Part shown: in pieces, positions 33,470 to 43,379 of the stretch
Numbering within the stretch: position 1 is the stretch's first letter
Layout of the letters: every line of letters begins with the position of its first letter
DNA from: an uncultured Planctomycetaceae bacterium
Lineage (GTDB): Bacteria > Planctomycetota > Planctomycetia > Isosphaerales > Isosphaeraceae
Reading direction: 5' to 3'
DNA length: 64,000 nt
Assembly: GCA_963833985.1 (NCBI GenBank)
Contig: CAWIAD010000002.1
Location: 3,840,001 to 3,904,000, forward strand
Translations under genes and position numbers: made by a program
The notes under the pieces: generated by a model
What the model saw: the letters and a program-made list of their open reading frames with translations, nothing else
What the model was told of the DNA's origin: nothing
Database searches by the model: none

Positions 33470-34795
33470 ATGTCGTTTCGCGGTGTTTTCATCGCCGTCG
33501 TCCTGAGCGCGGCGCTTATCGTTTCGGCCTTCATCCTCCAGGCGAAGCGGCCCAGGATCGAGGTGAACCGGCAGTCCGCTGCCCTGGTCAAGGCCACCGG
33601 CAAGTGCGCGGATTGCCATCGCCACGAGACCTCGGCGGTTGTGCATGAGTACGAGATGAGCCGCCATAGCGCCGCGGGAGTCAACTGCCTGGATTGTCAC
33701 CAACCGACGAAGGGCCAGGAGCCGCTTGACCACAAGGGGTTCACCATCACAAAGAAGCTCTCGGCGGCAAACTGCCAGGGCTGCCACCCGGAGCAGTACA
33801 AGCAGTACCTGGAAAGCCGCCACGCCGCGCCGGCGTGGGCCGCGGTGACCGGCAAGCAGGACTTCACGGCCGAGCAGGTGGCCTTCGCCGAGAAGCTCCA
33901 CAAGGGGGCCGTGGATCGGCCTGCGCATGAGCTGACCAGGGTGGAGGGCCTGGCCGCGGTGAACAAGGGCTGCCGCCAGTGCCACGACGTGGGACGGCCG
34001 AACCCGGACGGCAGTATCGGCTCGTGCACGGCGTGCCACGCGCGGCATGTCTCTTCCGTGGCCCTGGCGCGGCTCCCCGAGACGTGCGGCCAGTGCCACA
34101 TGGGGCCCGACCATGCCCAGCTCGAGATCTACCACGAATCGAAGCACGGCGTGCTCTTCAACGCCCAGCGCGCCAGCATGAATCTCGACGCCAGGCCGGA
34201 CAAGCTTACCGCCGAGGACATGCCCGTCCCCACCTGCGCCACCTGCCACATGAGCGGGCTGGAAGGGAACGAAACCGACAAGATCAAGACCACGCACAAC
34301 ACCTCGGAGCGGTTGTCCTACTTCCTCTTCGCCGCCGTTTCCGATCGCCGGCCCAATTACGAGAGCGGCCGGCGCAACATGAAGGCCATCTGCCTGAAGT
34401 GCCACACCAACCCGCGCATCCTCCAGTTCTACAGCGAGGCCGAGGGCGTGGTGCGCTCGACGAACAAGATCGTCAACGAAGCCAAGGCCATCGTGGACAA
34501 GCTGCGGAAGGAAAAGCGGCTCACCGAGCAGCCGTTCGACGAGCCCATCGAGTTCCTCTACTTCGACCTCTGGCACTACGGCGGCCGCACCGCCAAGCAT
34601 GGGGCCTACATGGGTGGGGCCGACTTCGTGCAGTGGCACGGTTACTACGAGCTCGTCGCCAAGCTGGCCGAGCTCAAGAAATCGGCCGCCGAGCTCTCGA
34701 AGGACAAGGAAGCGAAGCCAGCGACAGGTGCCCGTGCCGGCAGCACTCCCGCGACATCAGGAGGCGGCAGCCATGCCACGGCCAGCACACGTTGA
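33470..34795 (+). CDS. Octaheme c-type cytochrome, hydroxylamine oxidoreductase (Hao)-like
   Basis: N-terminal anchor. Eight CxxCH motifs (CADCH, CLDCH, CQGCH, CRQCH, CTACH, CGQCH, CATCH, CLKCH). Also GPDH, ESKHG and PTCATCHM. Confidence 0.88.
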   Translation: MSFRGVFIAVVLSAALIVSAFILQAKRPRIEVNRQSAALVKATGKCADCHRHETSAVVHEYEMSRHSAAGVNCLDCHQPTKGQEPLDHKGFTITKKLSAANCQGCHPEQYKQYLESRHAAPAWAAVTGKQDFTAEQVAFAEKLHKGAVDRPAHELTRVEGLAAVNKGCRQCHDVGRPNPDGSIGSCTACHARHVSSVALARLPETCGQCHMGPDHAQLEIYHESKHGVLFNAQRASMNLDARPDKLTAEDMPVPTCATCHMSGLEGNETDKIKTTHNTSERLSYFLFAAVSDRRPNYESGRRNMKAICLKCHTNPRILQFYSEAEGVVRSTNKIVNEAKAIVDKLRKEKRLTEQPFDEPIEFLYFDLWHYGGRTAKHGAYMGGADFVQWHGYYELVAKLAELKKSAAELSKDKEAKPATGARAGSTPATSGGGSHATASTR

Positions 34796-35684
34796 TATGT
34801 GGTGGGCGAGCCCGCGGCTTTGGGTGGAGTGGTTCCTCGTCGCCAACATTGCCTTCCTGGCCGCGGACATCACGCTGGCTCATGCCGTGAACGGCTTCGA
34901 GCATCCCGCCGAGTGGATCCCCATCGGCTTCTCGGTCGGCGGCACGATCTTGCTGCTGCTGGCAATGGCGATTGGAGGATCGGAGCCATCGGTCATGGAT
35001 GGAACAGTCAGCGACTCCGCGCCGGCCCGGGACGTTCTTGTCCGCGGGATTGGCCTGCTTGTCGGCTGGGCGTCCATCACCGTCGGCATTGCCGGGCTGG
35101 TCTGGCATCTGAGTGCCGTTTTCTTCCAGGAGCAGACGCTCAGGAACCTGGTTTACACCGCGCCCTTCGCCGCACCCCTGGCTTACACCGGTCTGGGCCT
35201 GCTGCTCATTCTCGATCGTATGGTGAACCAGCGGAGCCTGGAATGGGCACGCTGGGTGATCTTGCTGGCGGCCGGGGGGTTCGCGGGCAATTTCGTGCTC
35301 AGTCTGGCGGACCATGCGCAGAACGGGTTCTTCGAACCCACCGAATGGATCGGGGTGGTCGCGGCTGCGGTCGCCTTCGGCTTCCTCGTCGCCGAGGCCG
35401 CCGTGCCGGAAAGCCGTGGACTGGTCGTCATCAATCTGGCACTCATGGTCGTGCAGGTGTTCGCGGGCTTGCTGGGTTTCTATCTCCACGCACGAGGCAA
35501 CCTGTTTCATCAGAGCGGCAGCGCATGGGACCGCTTCGTGTACGGGGCTCCGGTCTTCGCCCCCTTGCTCTTCGCCGACCTTGCCCTGCTCGCCGCGCTG
35601 GGAGGCTGGGCGCACCTCCGCTGCCTGACGTCCGCACCCACCTCAGGCCCTCACAGCCACGACGCATCCGGAACCTGGAGCTAA
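34773..35684 (+). CDS. Multi-TM membrane protein with internal duplication, partner of the cytochrome
   Basis: About 8 TM helices. Repeated halves HAVNGFEHPAEW / HAQNGFFEPTEW and YTAPFAAPL / YGAPVFAPL. Overlaps the cytochrome stop. Confidence 0.75.
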   Translation: MPRPAHVDMWWASPRLWVEWFLVANIAFLAADITLAHAVNGFEHPAEWIPIGFSVGGTILLLLAMAIGGSEPSVMDGTVSDSAPARDVLVRGIGLLVGWASITVGIAGLVWHLSAVFFQEQTLRNLVYTAPFAAPLAYTGLGLLLILDRMVNQRSLEWARWVILLAAGGFAGNFVLSLADHAQNGFFEPTEWIGVVAAAVAFGFLVAEAAVPESRGLVVINLALMVVQVFAGLLGFYLHARGNLFHQSGSAWDRFVYGAPVFAPLLFADLALLAALGGWAHLRCLTSAPTSGPHSHDASGTWS

Positions 35685-35813
35685 AACAAGAGCAGCCTGA
35701 CCGGCCGGGGCGAATCGGCCGTCAGGCTGAAAATCCGCGGCTATATGGGCCGGCCGCGGAAGCGAATGGCATCCTCTCGCATCTTGCGTGTGGTCATTCC
35801 CCCGTGCGTATGC

Positions 35814-36434
35814 TCAGGAGTAGAGGACGCGCACCTGGGTCTCTCCGGGCGTTCCCGTGTCCGCGTGGGTCAGGATGACGGGTACCGTCGAGAGAGGAAC
35901 AGCAGGGGTGGTCGTGGTTGTGTAGCTCACGGTAGGGGAGGCCGGGGCGCTGGTCGTGTTCGAGGGAACCGTCGGGCTCGTGATCGCCGCCATGGCCCTT
36001 GCGGGATTGGATGTCGGCTGCAGCACCGGCGCGGGTACCGGCGGCACCGGGACGTGCGTCGTCACGGGGACGATCACGGACTGGCTGCTGTGAGTGGGGG
36101 TCTGGGTCATCAGGTTCAGCGAATTGACCGGTGTCGAGCCATGCGTGAAGATGCTGGCGGGGCTGGCCCCGTGCTCCAGTTGCCCGCGGTGCAACTGGAG
36201 CGCGTCTCGCCTGATCAATCGAAGTTCCTGAAGTCGCTCGAGGCGGATCATCGTCCTCATGTCTCTGAGCTCGATGGCCGCCAGCCTCGTGGCCTGCGCG
36301 TGTGCCACCCCGGCTGTCATCAGTTCCCGTCCCTCCAGCGACTCCACCTGGACTGCGGCTTTCGCGCTCTTGTGTCGCCGGCTCGGTGCAAAGGTCCGCG
36401 TATCGGAAATCAGTCCACAGATGGTAGCGAACAT
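35814..36434 (-). CDS. Planctomycete-type exported protein with Pro/Thr-rich tail
   Basis: RRHK...VESLEGRELMT export-type motif. Confidence 0.65.
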   Translation of the reverse strand: MFATICGLISDTRTFAPSRRHKSAKAAVQVESLEGRELMTAGVAHAQATRLAAIELRDMRTMIRLERLQELRLIRRDALQLHRGQLEHGASPASIFTHGSTPVNSLNLMTQTPTHSSQSVIVPVTTHVPVPPVPAPVLQPTSNPARAMAAITSPTVPSNTTSAPASPTVSYTTTTTPAVPLSTVPVILTHADTGTPGETQVRVLYS

Positions 36435-36684
36435 GGCGGCTTTCCTCGAATCAAGGTGGAAGGAAGCGATGGACCGCATACAGGTGGTGTGAAGCAAGTC
36501 GCGTACCTCTTTGCCATTGTGCGACTTGTTGGCTTGGACATTTCTAAGAGAAAGAATCCATGGCCGGAGGTTACAGCGGTCCCGGCTGGCAGGACGCCGC
36601 CCGGCTCCGTGGCGGGCCCGGCGTGGCCGGTTGCAGCGAGGAGGTTTCACGGTTATAGATGGATAGCTGGTCACCCGCACCCGC

Positions 36685-38082
36685 GTGCCCTTGAGAGCGA
36701 GATCCTCCTTGAGCGTGCCCATCCGCCGGATTGATTGTTCCCGCAGTGACGCCCTGGCGGCCATTGCCGAGCTGCGCCGCGAGCTTGGCCCCAGGGGGAA
36801 CGTGGTCAGCCCTGAGGGGAAGGCACGCACGGTAGCCGCATTCGGGCAGCCACTCACGCCAGTACAGGTGGTGGAGCGGATCTGCAATGACGTGGCCGAG
36901 CGCGGGCTCGCCGCCGTGCTTGATTACACCCATCGCCTTGACGGGGCCGCGCTCGAGTCGAGTACGCTGCGCGTCTCGAAAGCAGAGCTTGAATCCGCCT
37001 ATGCTGCGGCCGACGACGGATATCTTGAGACGCTCAAGAATGTTCGCGACAACATCCTGACATACCAGCGGGCCATCCTGAACCACGACGTTCGCCTGGA
37101 GTCCGCGCCGGGGATCACCCTGGGAATGCGCTATGTGCCCCTGCGGCGCGTGGGTGTGTGTGTGCCGGGCGGGGCCGCGGCGTATCCATCGACCCTGCTC
37201 ATGACGGTGGTCCCGGCACAGGCGGCTGGCGTGCACGAGATTGCCGTGGTGGCTCCGCCCACGCGGTTCGGCGGGTACAACACCGATCTTCTGGCGGCCT
37301 GTCAATTTCTGGGGGTCACCGAGGTCTACCGCATCGGCGGCGCCCAGGCCGTGGCTGCCCTCGCCTACGGAGTCGAGGGAATTCCCGCCGTCGACAAGAT
37401 CGTCGGGCCGGGGAACCTCTTCGTGGCCCTGGCCAAGAAGCACGTCTACGGCGAGGTCGACATCGACAGCATTGCCGGGCCGAGCGAGGTTGTCCTGATT
37501 GCCGACGACACGGCCGACCCGCGGTTCGTCGCGTCCGACCTGATCAGCCAGGCCGAGCATTCGCCGGGCAGCAGCATTCTCCTGACCTGGGAGCCCGCGC
37601 TCATCGACCGCGTCGTTTCCGCGCTCGATGACCAGCTTGGCTGGCTGGGACGGGGCGACCTGGCGCGCGATAGCCTGGCGCGGTTCGGGGCCCTCATCCT
37701 GGTGCGCGATCGGGCCGAGGCGGTTCGGCTCTCGAACCTGCTGGCCCCCGAGCACCTGCACGTCTCCACCCGTGATCCGGAACGGCTCCTGCCTGGCCTC
37801 ACCAGCGCGGGGGCCATCTTCCTGGGGCATCACACGCCCGTGGCCGTGGGCGACTACGCGGCCGGGCCGTCGCACGTGCTCCCCACCGGAGGCACGGCCC
37901 GATGGGCCTCCGGCCTCTCGGCCAATGACTTCTTGAAGCGATCGAGCGTGATCTCGGTGACGGCCGAAGGCCTGGCACGGCTGGCACCCGACGTCCGCCG
38001 CCTGGCCGATATCGAGGGGCTCTCGGCGCACCGCTACAGTGTGGATGTCCGCCTTTCCGATCATCCCCCTGCGAAGAATTGA
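36685..38082 (+). CDS. hisD: Histidinol dehydrogenase (start uncertain)
   Basis: VPGG, GGAQAVAALAYG, IDSIAGPSE, QAEH, APEHL and GPSHVLPT motifs. Confidence 0.97.
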   Translation: MPLRARSSLSVPIRRIDCSRSDALAAIAELRRELGPRGNVVSPEGKARTVAAFGQPLTPVQVVERICNDVAERGLAAVLDYTHRLDGAALESSTLRVSKAELESAYAAADDGYLETLKNVRDNILTYQRAILNHDVRLESAPGITLGMRYVPLRRVGVCVPGGAAAYPSTLLMTVVPAQAAGVHEIAVVAPPTRFGGYNTDLLAACQFLGVTEVYRIGGAQAVAALAYGVEGIPAVDKIVGPGNLFVALAKKHVYGEVDIDSIAGPSEVVLIADDTADPRFVASDLISQAEHSPGSSILLTWEPALIDRVVSALDDQLGWLGRGDLARDSLARFGALILVRDRAEAVRLSNLLAPEHLHVSTRDPERLLPGLTSAGAIFLGHHTPVAVGDYAAGPSHVLPTGGTARWASGLSANDFLKRSSVISVTAEGLARLAPDVRRLADIEGLSAHRYSVDVRLSDHPPAKN

Positions 38083-38089
38083 GGTTGCG

Positions 38090-38900
38090 ATGACGGGCCC
38101 CGAGTCTTTGGCCGCGCGTGAAGCCAGACCCGCGATCGATTCGGCGGCGCGGGCCTCCGAAGCGCGGCGGTTGCACCACCGCCAGATGATCCGCCGCGGT
38201 TTGCTGGCCGCGCTTCTGGTGGCGATCGTCGGACTGATCTTCGCCGTGGCGGTCCCGGCGTTCAACCAGCTTCGCGTGGCGTGGCTGCTCCAGGCCGCCG
38301 GTTATAACGTCGACTGGCAGGTGGACGAGCTGACATGGAGGATCGGCGGCGTCACCTCGGTGCGCTACAACAATCGCAACTGGCTGACGACACCACGAGA
38401 TGCCGAGATACTGCTTCTTCCCCGGCTGCTCAATGTCCAGAGTCTGAGCCTGGCCGAGTGCCCGGTGACCGAGGCCGGCCTGGCACCCCTGGCGGCGCTC
38501 GAAGACCTGCGCGCGCTCGATCTCAAACGACTGGACCAGTTTCACTACGGCACGGACCTCAGGGGGCTCAAGGATTCGTGCCTCACTCCGCTGGTCGGTC
38601 TGCGGAAGCTGGAAAGCCTCACGCTCTCGGGCAACCGGATCAGCGACGCCGGCCTGGCCACGATCGGCCGGATGACACAGCTCAGCTCGCTGGATCTGGA
38701 CGCCACCGACGTGACCGACGCCGGCCTGGTTCATCTCCACTCGCTGAGGAACCTGCGGAGCCTGTCGCTGGGTGGAACCCAGGTGACGCCCGAGGGCCTC
38801 AAGGCTTTTCAGAAGGCCATGCCGGAGGTCGAAGTGAACTTCGATCTCTCACCCGAGGTCGAGCAGGCCATCCTGCGCCTGGAGGAGTCTCTCGCGATGA
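38090..38900 (+). CDS. Membrane-anchored leucine-rich repeat protein
   Basis: TM helix followed by LxxLxL..VTDAGL repeats. Confidence 0.8.
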
Positions 38901-39475
38901 GCGTCGAGTTCGCGGCCGCCGGCCTGTCGGACAGTCCTGATCCCGGCCGGAACGCCCTTCCCTTGTTCTCCATCCGGCCGGCAGTGCCCGAAGACGCGCA
39001 GATCATCGCGAACCTGGTGTATGAGCTGGCCGTCTATGAGAAACTGGAGATGTACGCCAGGGCGACGGCCGACGACTTCCGCCGCCACCTGTTCGGCCCA
39101 CGGCCGTACGCCGAGGCGGTTGTGGCGGAAGTTGAGGGCCAGGCTGTGGGGTTCGCGCTCTACTTCCCCACGTTCTCGACGTTTCGCGGGCAGCCGGGGC
39201 TTTACCTCGAAGACATCTTTGTCCGGCCGGAGCAACGCGGGCGGGGAATCGGCAAGGCCCTGCTGGCCACGCTTGCCCGGTTGGCGCTCGACCGCGGCCT
39301 GGGCCGGCTGGAATGGGCGGTGCTGCACTGGAACACTCCGGCGATCGGCTTCTACCAAAGCCTGGGCGCCCGGCCGATGCAGGAGTGGCAGGTGTACCGG
39401 ATCGATGATCTTCCGCTGGCCCGGCTTGCAGCGCTGGCACCGCCTGTGACGCCGCGGAATGGACAGCCCGACTGA
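38897..39475 (+). CDS. GNAT N-acetyltransferase (SSAT-like)
   Basis: ELAVYEK, YLEDIFVRPEQRGRGIG and WNTPAIGFY motifs. Has its own GGAGGAG RBS. Confidence 0.9.
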   Translation: MSVEFAAAGLSDSPDPGRNALPLFSIRPAVPEDAQIIANLVYELAVYEKLEMYARATADDFRRHLFGPRPYAEAVVAEVEGQAVGFALYFPTFSTFRGQPGLYLEDIFVRPEQRGRGIGKALLATLARLALDRGLGRLEWAVLHWNTPAIGFYQSLGARPMQEWQVYRIDDLPLARLAALAPPVTPRNGQPD

Positions 39476-39508
39476 ACTCTTCCGACGCTGCTGGAGCCAG
39501 TCCCTCGC

Positions 39509-40550
39509 ATGAATGCTTCGATTCGACCCCACATTCTCCGCATGGCCGGCTATGTTCCGGGAGAACAACCGCAAGGCGGAGGGTTCATCAAGCTGAATAC
39601 GAATGAGAACCCCTATCCGCCGTCGCCCCGGGTCCTGGAGGCTCTGGCGCGGGCGCTCACGGAGCGGCTGCGGCTCTATCCCGACCCCGTGGCGACCGAG
39701 TTTCGCCGCGTGGCCGCCAGGCTGCATGGCGTTGATCCCGGCATGATCCTCGCGGGCAACGGCTCGGACGATTTGCTCACCATCCTCGTTCGCGCGTTCG
39801 TCGGGCCGGGCGAACTGGCCGCCTATCCCACGCCCAGCTACCTGCTCTACTCCACGCTGATCCGGCTTCAGGACGGCCGTGAGCACGTGGTTCCCTTCTC
39901 CCCGAGCTGGGAGCTCGATCCTGCGGATTTCGATTGTCCCGGGCTGAAGCTTGTCTTTCTGGCCAACCCCAACAGCCCCTCCGGTACCGCGCTCTCGCCG
40001 CGGCAGGTTTCGCGGCTGGCACGCGCGCTCCCCTGCCCCCTGGTGGTGGACGAGGCTTATGTCGACTTCGCGGCCGAGGATTGCATCCCGCTGGTCCGCG
40101 AGCACTCGAACTTGATCGTCACGCGCTCGTTCAGCAAGGGCTACAGCCTGGCGGGCATTCGCCTGGGCTACCTGGTGGCGGATCCGGGAATGGTCCAGGA
40201 GCTCATCAAGGTGAAGGACTCGTACAATTGCGATGCCCTCAGCCTGGCTGCCGGCGTCGCGGCGCTCGAGGACCGCGACTACCTCGCGGCCACTCGCGGG
40301 AAGGTCGTGGCCACCCGCGGCCGCCTGGCCGCGGCGCTCCGCGGTATGGGTTACTCGGTGCCGGACAGCCAGGCCAATTTTCTGTGGGCGACCGGCGGAC
40401 CCGCTGCGCGAAACGTTCGAGCGGCTCAAGGATCGCAGGATCCTGGTTCGCCTCATGAGCTATGCCGGCTATCCCGAGGGATTACGTATCAGCATCGGCA
40501 CCGACGCCGAGATCGACCGGCTGCTCGAGCATATGCACCAGGTCTCCTGA
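39509..40550 (+). CDS. hisC: Histidinol-phosphate aminotransferase (frameshift near 40405)
   Basis: [31 protein letters not shown] and RSFSK motifs. Confidence 0.95.
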
Positions 40551-40656
40551 GGCTCGACCGCCTCCCTGCCGCCGGATGATCACGATAATATTTCCTGATC
40601 GCTGTCGCTGTTCTGTTCCTTCATCCTTTGCCACTGCGGATCGATTGCCACTTGCC

Positions 40657-41253
40657 ATGACGAACACTCCTCGCCAGTCCGACATTGTCCGCAAGACCCG
40701 CGAGACCGACATCCGCCTGGCGGCCTGCCTGGACGGCGAGGGCCGCGCGGAAATTGCCACGGGGGTCGGCTTCCTTGATCACATGCTGGAGCTTTTCGCC
40801 CGGCATTCGCTCATCGATCTGAGCGTGGTTTGCACCGGCGATCTGCATGTGGACGATCACCACACCACCGAGGACGTGGGCATCTGCCTGGGCCAGGCGA
40901 TTGACCGGGCATTGGGCGATCGCGCGGGCATTCGCCGCTACGGCCACGCCGTGCTGCCGATGGACGAGGTGCTCGTGACCTGCGCCGTCGACCTGGGAGG
41001 CCGGCCCTACTTCTCCTGGAACGCAGCCATGCCCGCGGCCAAGATCGGCACCTTCGACAGCGAGCTTGTGGCCGACTTCTGGCACTCGGTCTGTACCCAT
41101 GGCCGCATGAACCTGCATGTCCTGCTGCATCAGGGCAGGAATACCCATCACATCAGTGAAGCGATCTTCAAGGGCCTGGCACGTGCGCTGCGCGATGCCG
41201 CGGAGCCGGATCCGCGCTCGTCAGGGGTGCCTTCCACCAAGGGTGTTCTTTGA
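40657..41253 (+). CDS. hisB: Imidazoleglycerol-phosphate dehydratase
   Basis: [23 protein letters not shown] and PSTKGVL motifs. Confidence 0.97.
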   Translation: MTNTPRQSDIVRKTRETDIRLAACLDGEGRAEIATGVGFLDHMLELFARHSLIDLSVVCTGDLHVDDHHTTEDVGICLGQAIDRALGDRAGIRRYGHAVLPMDEVLVTCAVDLGGRPYFSWNAAMPAAKIGTFDSELVADFWHSVCTHGRMNLHVLLHQGRNTHHISEAIFKGLARALRDAAEPDPRSSGVPSTKGVL

Positions 41254-42314
41254 GGACAACGGCCATGCCTGGAGAACCCGCTGGCACAAAGAGATCCAGG
41301 CTTGGACCGGTGGTGAACCTCGCCCTGGTCGCCCTGGCGTTCGGCCTGCTGGGACTCGTGCTCTGGCAGAACCGAGAAAAGCTCCGTACGGTCTTCTCCC
41401 ACTCGCTCGACCTGCGGTTGCTGGCCCTGGGCGTCTTCATCTTCCAGACCAGCCTGATCATCACCTACATCCGCTGGTATCTCCTGGTACGCGTCATCGA
41501 GCCGCGGTTCACGTTGCGGTCCACCATGCTCCTGGGGTTCATCGGCTACGTATTCAACCTGGTGATCCCCGGCGCCGTGGGAGGAGACTTCATCAAGGCG
41601 GCCTACCTCGTGCGCATGCACATCAAGAAGACGCAGGCCATCGCCTCGATGGTGATTGATCGGATCCTCGGCTTGCTGGGCCTCTTCGTGCTCGCGGCGC
41701 TGGCCGGGGCGGCCGCCTGGAACAGCGTCAACTCCGCCGATGTCCGCAAGCTGATCGTGGCCGCCTGGATCGCAACCGCGCTGGCCTTCGCCGTGCTGGT
41801 GCTTATCTTCACACAGGCCCTCACCACGCTCTTCCCCGGGCTGGGAGGTTCCGGACACGGCCGCCTGGCGGGCGTCCTCACGGAGCTGAAGGCGATGTCA
41901 TCCACTTATCGCACGAGGCTGGACGTGGTCTTCGCGGGATTGGTGCTGTCGGTTATCGGCCACACCCTCAATGTCATCGCCTTCTATTTCATGGGCACCA
42001 TGCTCTTCCCCACGACGATGTCCACCACCCTCGGCCAGCACTTCCTCATGGTCCCGCTCACGCTCTTCACCATGGTTGTGCCAATTCCGTTCGGAGCCCT
42101 GGGGGTGAGCGAAGGCGTGGGCGACCAGCTTGGTAAGCTTGTCGGCCATCCCGGAGGCGCCCTGGCGATGCTGGGCTTTCGCGTGTTGATGTATGCCTGC
42201 GGGCTCATCAGCGCGTGCGTCTACCTGGCGAACCTCCGCGAGGTCCGCAGCCTCACCGCCGAGGCCCACCACCTGGAGGAAGAGTTCGAGGAGGGCGAAC
42301 TCGACCGCGGCTGA
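41250..42314 (+). CDS. Lysylphosphatidylglycerol synthase TM (flippase-like) protein
   Basis: [23 protein letters not shown] and P..FGALGVSE. Confidence 0.85.
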   Translation: MRTTAMPGEPAGTKRSRLGPVVNLALVALAFGLLGLVLWQNREKLRTVFSHSLDLRLLALGVFIFQTSLIITYIRWYLLVRVIEPRFTLRSTMLLGFIGYVFNLVIPGAVGGDFIKAAYLVRMHIKKTQAIASMVIDRILGLLGLFVLAALAGAAAWNSVNSADVRKLIVAAWIATALAFAVLVLIFTQALTTLFPGLGGSGHGRLAGVLTELKAMSSTYRTRLDVVFAGLVLSVIGHTLNVIAFYFMGTMLFPTTMSTTLGQHFLMVPLTLFTMVVPIPFGALGVSEGVGDQLGKLVGHPGGALAMLGFRVLMYACGLISACVYLANLREVRSLTAEAHHLEEEFEEGELDRG

Positions 42315-43111
42315 CGGGTCGCGCCCGCGGGCGACGGCCTTTCCGCTGGCTCCCTCTTCACCTGAAGCTTGCCCGAGGCACTGGTCACCACGAACCGATC
42401 GCCAGAGGCCGGCTCGAAGGATTCGGGCTGACCCTGAGCCGCATCGAGCGAAAAGCTCAGCGCGGCTTTGCGGCACTGCTGATGAGTACGGATCACGCCT
42501 GGTGGCAGGGTGAGCTTCTGGTCGTCGAGCTGGTAGGCGATCTCGGCGGCGGACTGGTTGGCGACGGAGAACTCGATCGCTGCCGAGCGGGGCCGGCCGA
42601 AGACCTGGACGGCGTAGAACTTCCCGGACTGCTTGCTGGCCGCCACCCCCACGCCGATCTCCAGCAGGTCCGGGTCAAGCAGGTTCTTGCGATGTCCGGG
42701 CGACTTCTTCCAGCTTTCCATGAACCGCTGCGCCAGCTCGGCCGTCTGGAAGCCGGTTGTGCTGAATTCGTAAGCGATGTTCTCCGCGACGATGCAGGGC
42801 TCGTACCCGTGCTTGGTGGCCCGCTCCTCCGGGTTGCTGCCGTCTGCCTCGTGGCTGAACTTCTCGGATTCGGCAAGGAACCGGGCGAATTCACGCGCGG
42901 CCTCGTCGAGCTGCTCCCGGCGAGCCAGAGCGCCACGGTGCTCTTGCTCGCGGAACCTGTTGGTGCTCTCGAAGATCCCCCGGGCGACCGCGTCCACATC
43001 GGGGGTAGCCGGATCACCGGCGAGCGCTGCGTTCACCATCACAGCGCCGCCCGGAGCTTCTGGGTTTACGATGGCCGGCCACAAAGTCAGTACCGCAAGC
43101 AGAGTTTTCAT
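42221..43111 (-). CDS. CAP/SCP domain protein (3' end uncertain)
   Basis: Signal peptide, TNRFR, FSH, AENIA and WKKSPGHRKNLL. Confidence 0.88.
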   Translation of the reverse strand: MKTLLAVLTLWPAIVNPEAPGGAVMVNAALAGDPATPDVDAVARGIFESTNRFREQEHRGALARREQLDEAAREFARFLAESEKFSHEADGSNPEERATKHGYEPCIVAENIAYEFSTTGFQTAELAQRFMESWKKSPGHRKNLLDPDLLEIGVGVAASKQSGKFYAVQVFGRPRSAAIEFSVANQSAAEIAYQLDDQKLTLPPGVIRTHQQCRKAALSFSLDAAQGQPESFEPASGDRFVVTSASGKLQVKREPAERPSPAGATRQPRSSSPSSNSSSRWWASAVRLRTSRRFAR

Positions 43112-43379
43112 CAGGGTCACCATGGTCGCAAGCAGGTCCTCTCACGAGGAAATCCAGGACGCGTTCCCGGCTTTCATCATTGGGAACGCGAGCCATGTCG
43201 TGAACCGCAGAGGACACTGGAGGCAACCGGCATTCCAGGCCGCCCCATTCGCGGCGTTCGGCCGTGCTCAGAATGCAGGTCGTGCCGGCGCCCGGCGACC
43301 CCGGGCGCGCGTGGCCGCGTGGCCCCGGGACCGCGCGCCGGGCTCGGTGCCCGGGGAAGGTGCTGCGGAGGGCGAGAGG

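Noticed and set aside
38039..39475. LRR-GNAT fusion ORF
   Set aside because: The internal GGAGGAG RBS and ATGA overlap at 38897 suggest two genes joined by an indel.
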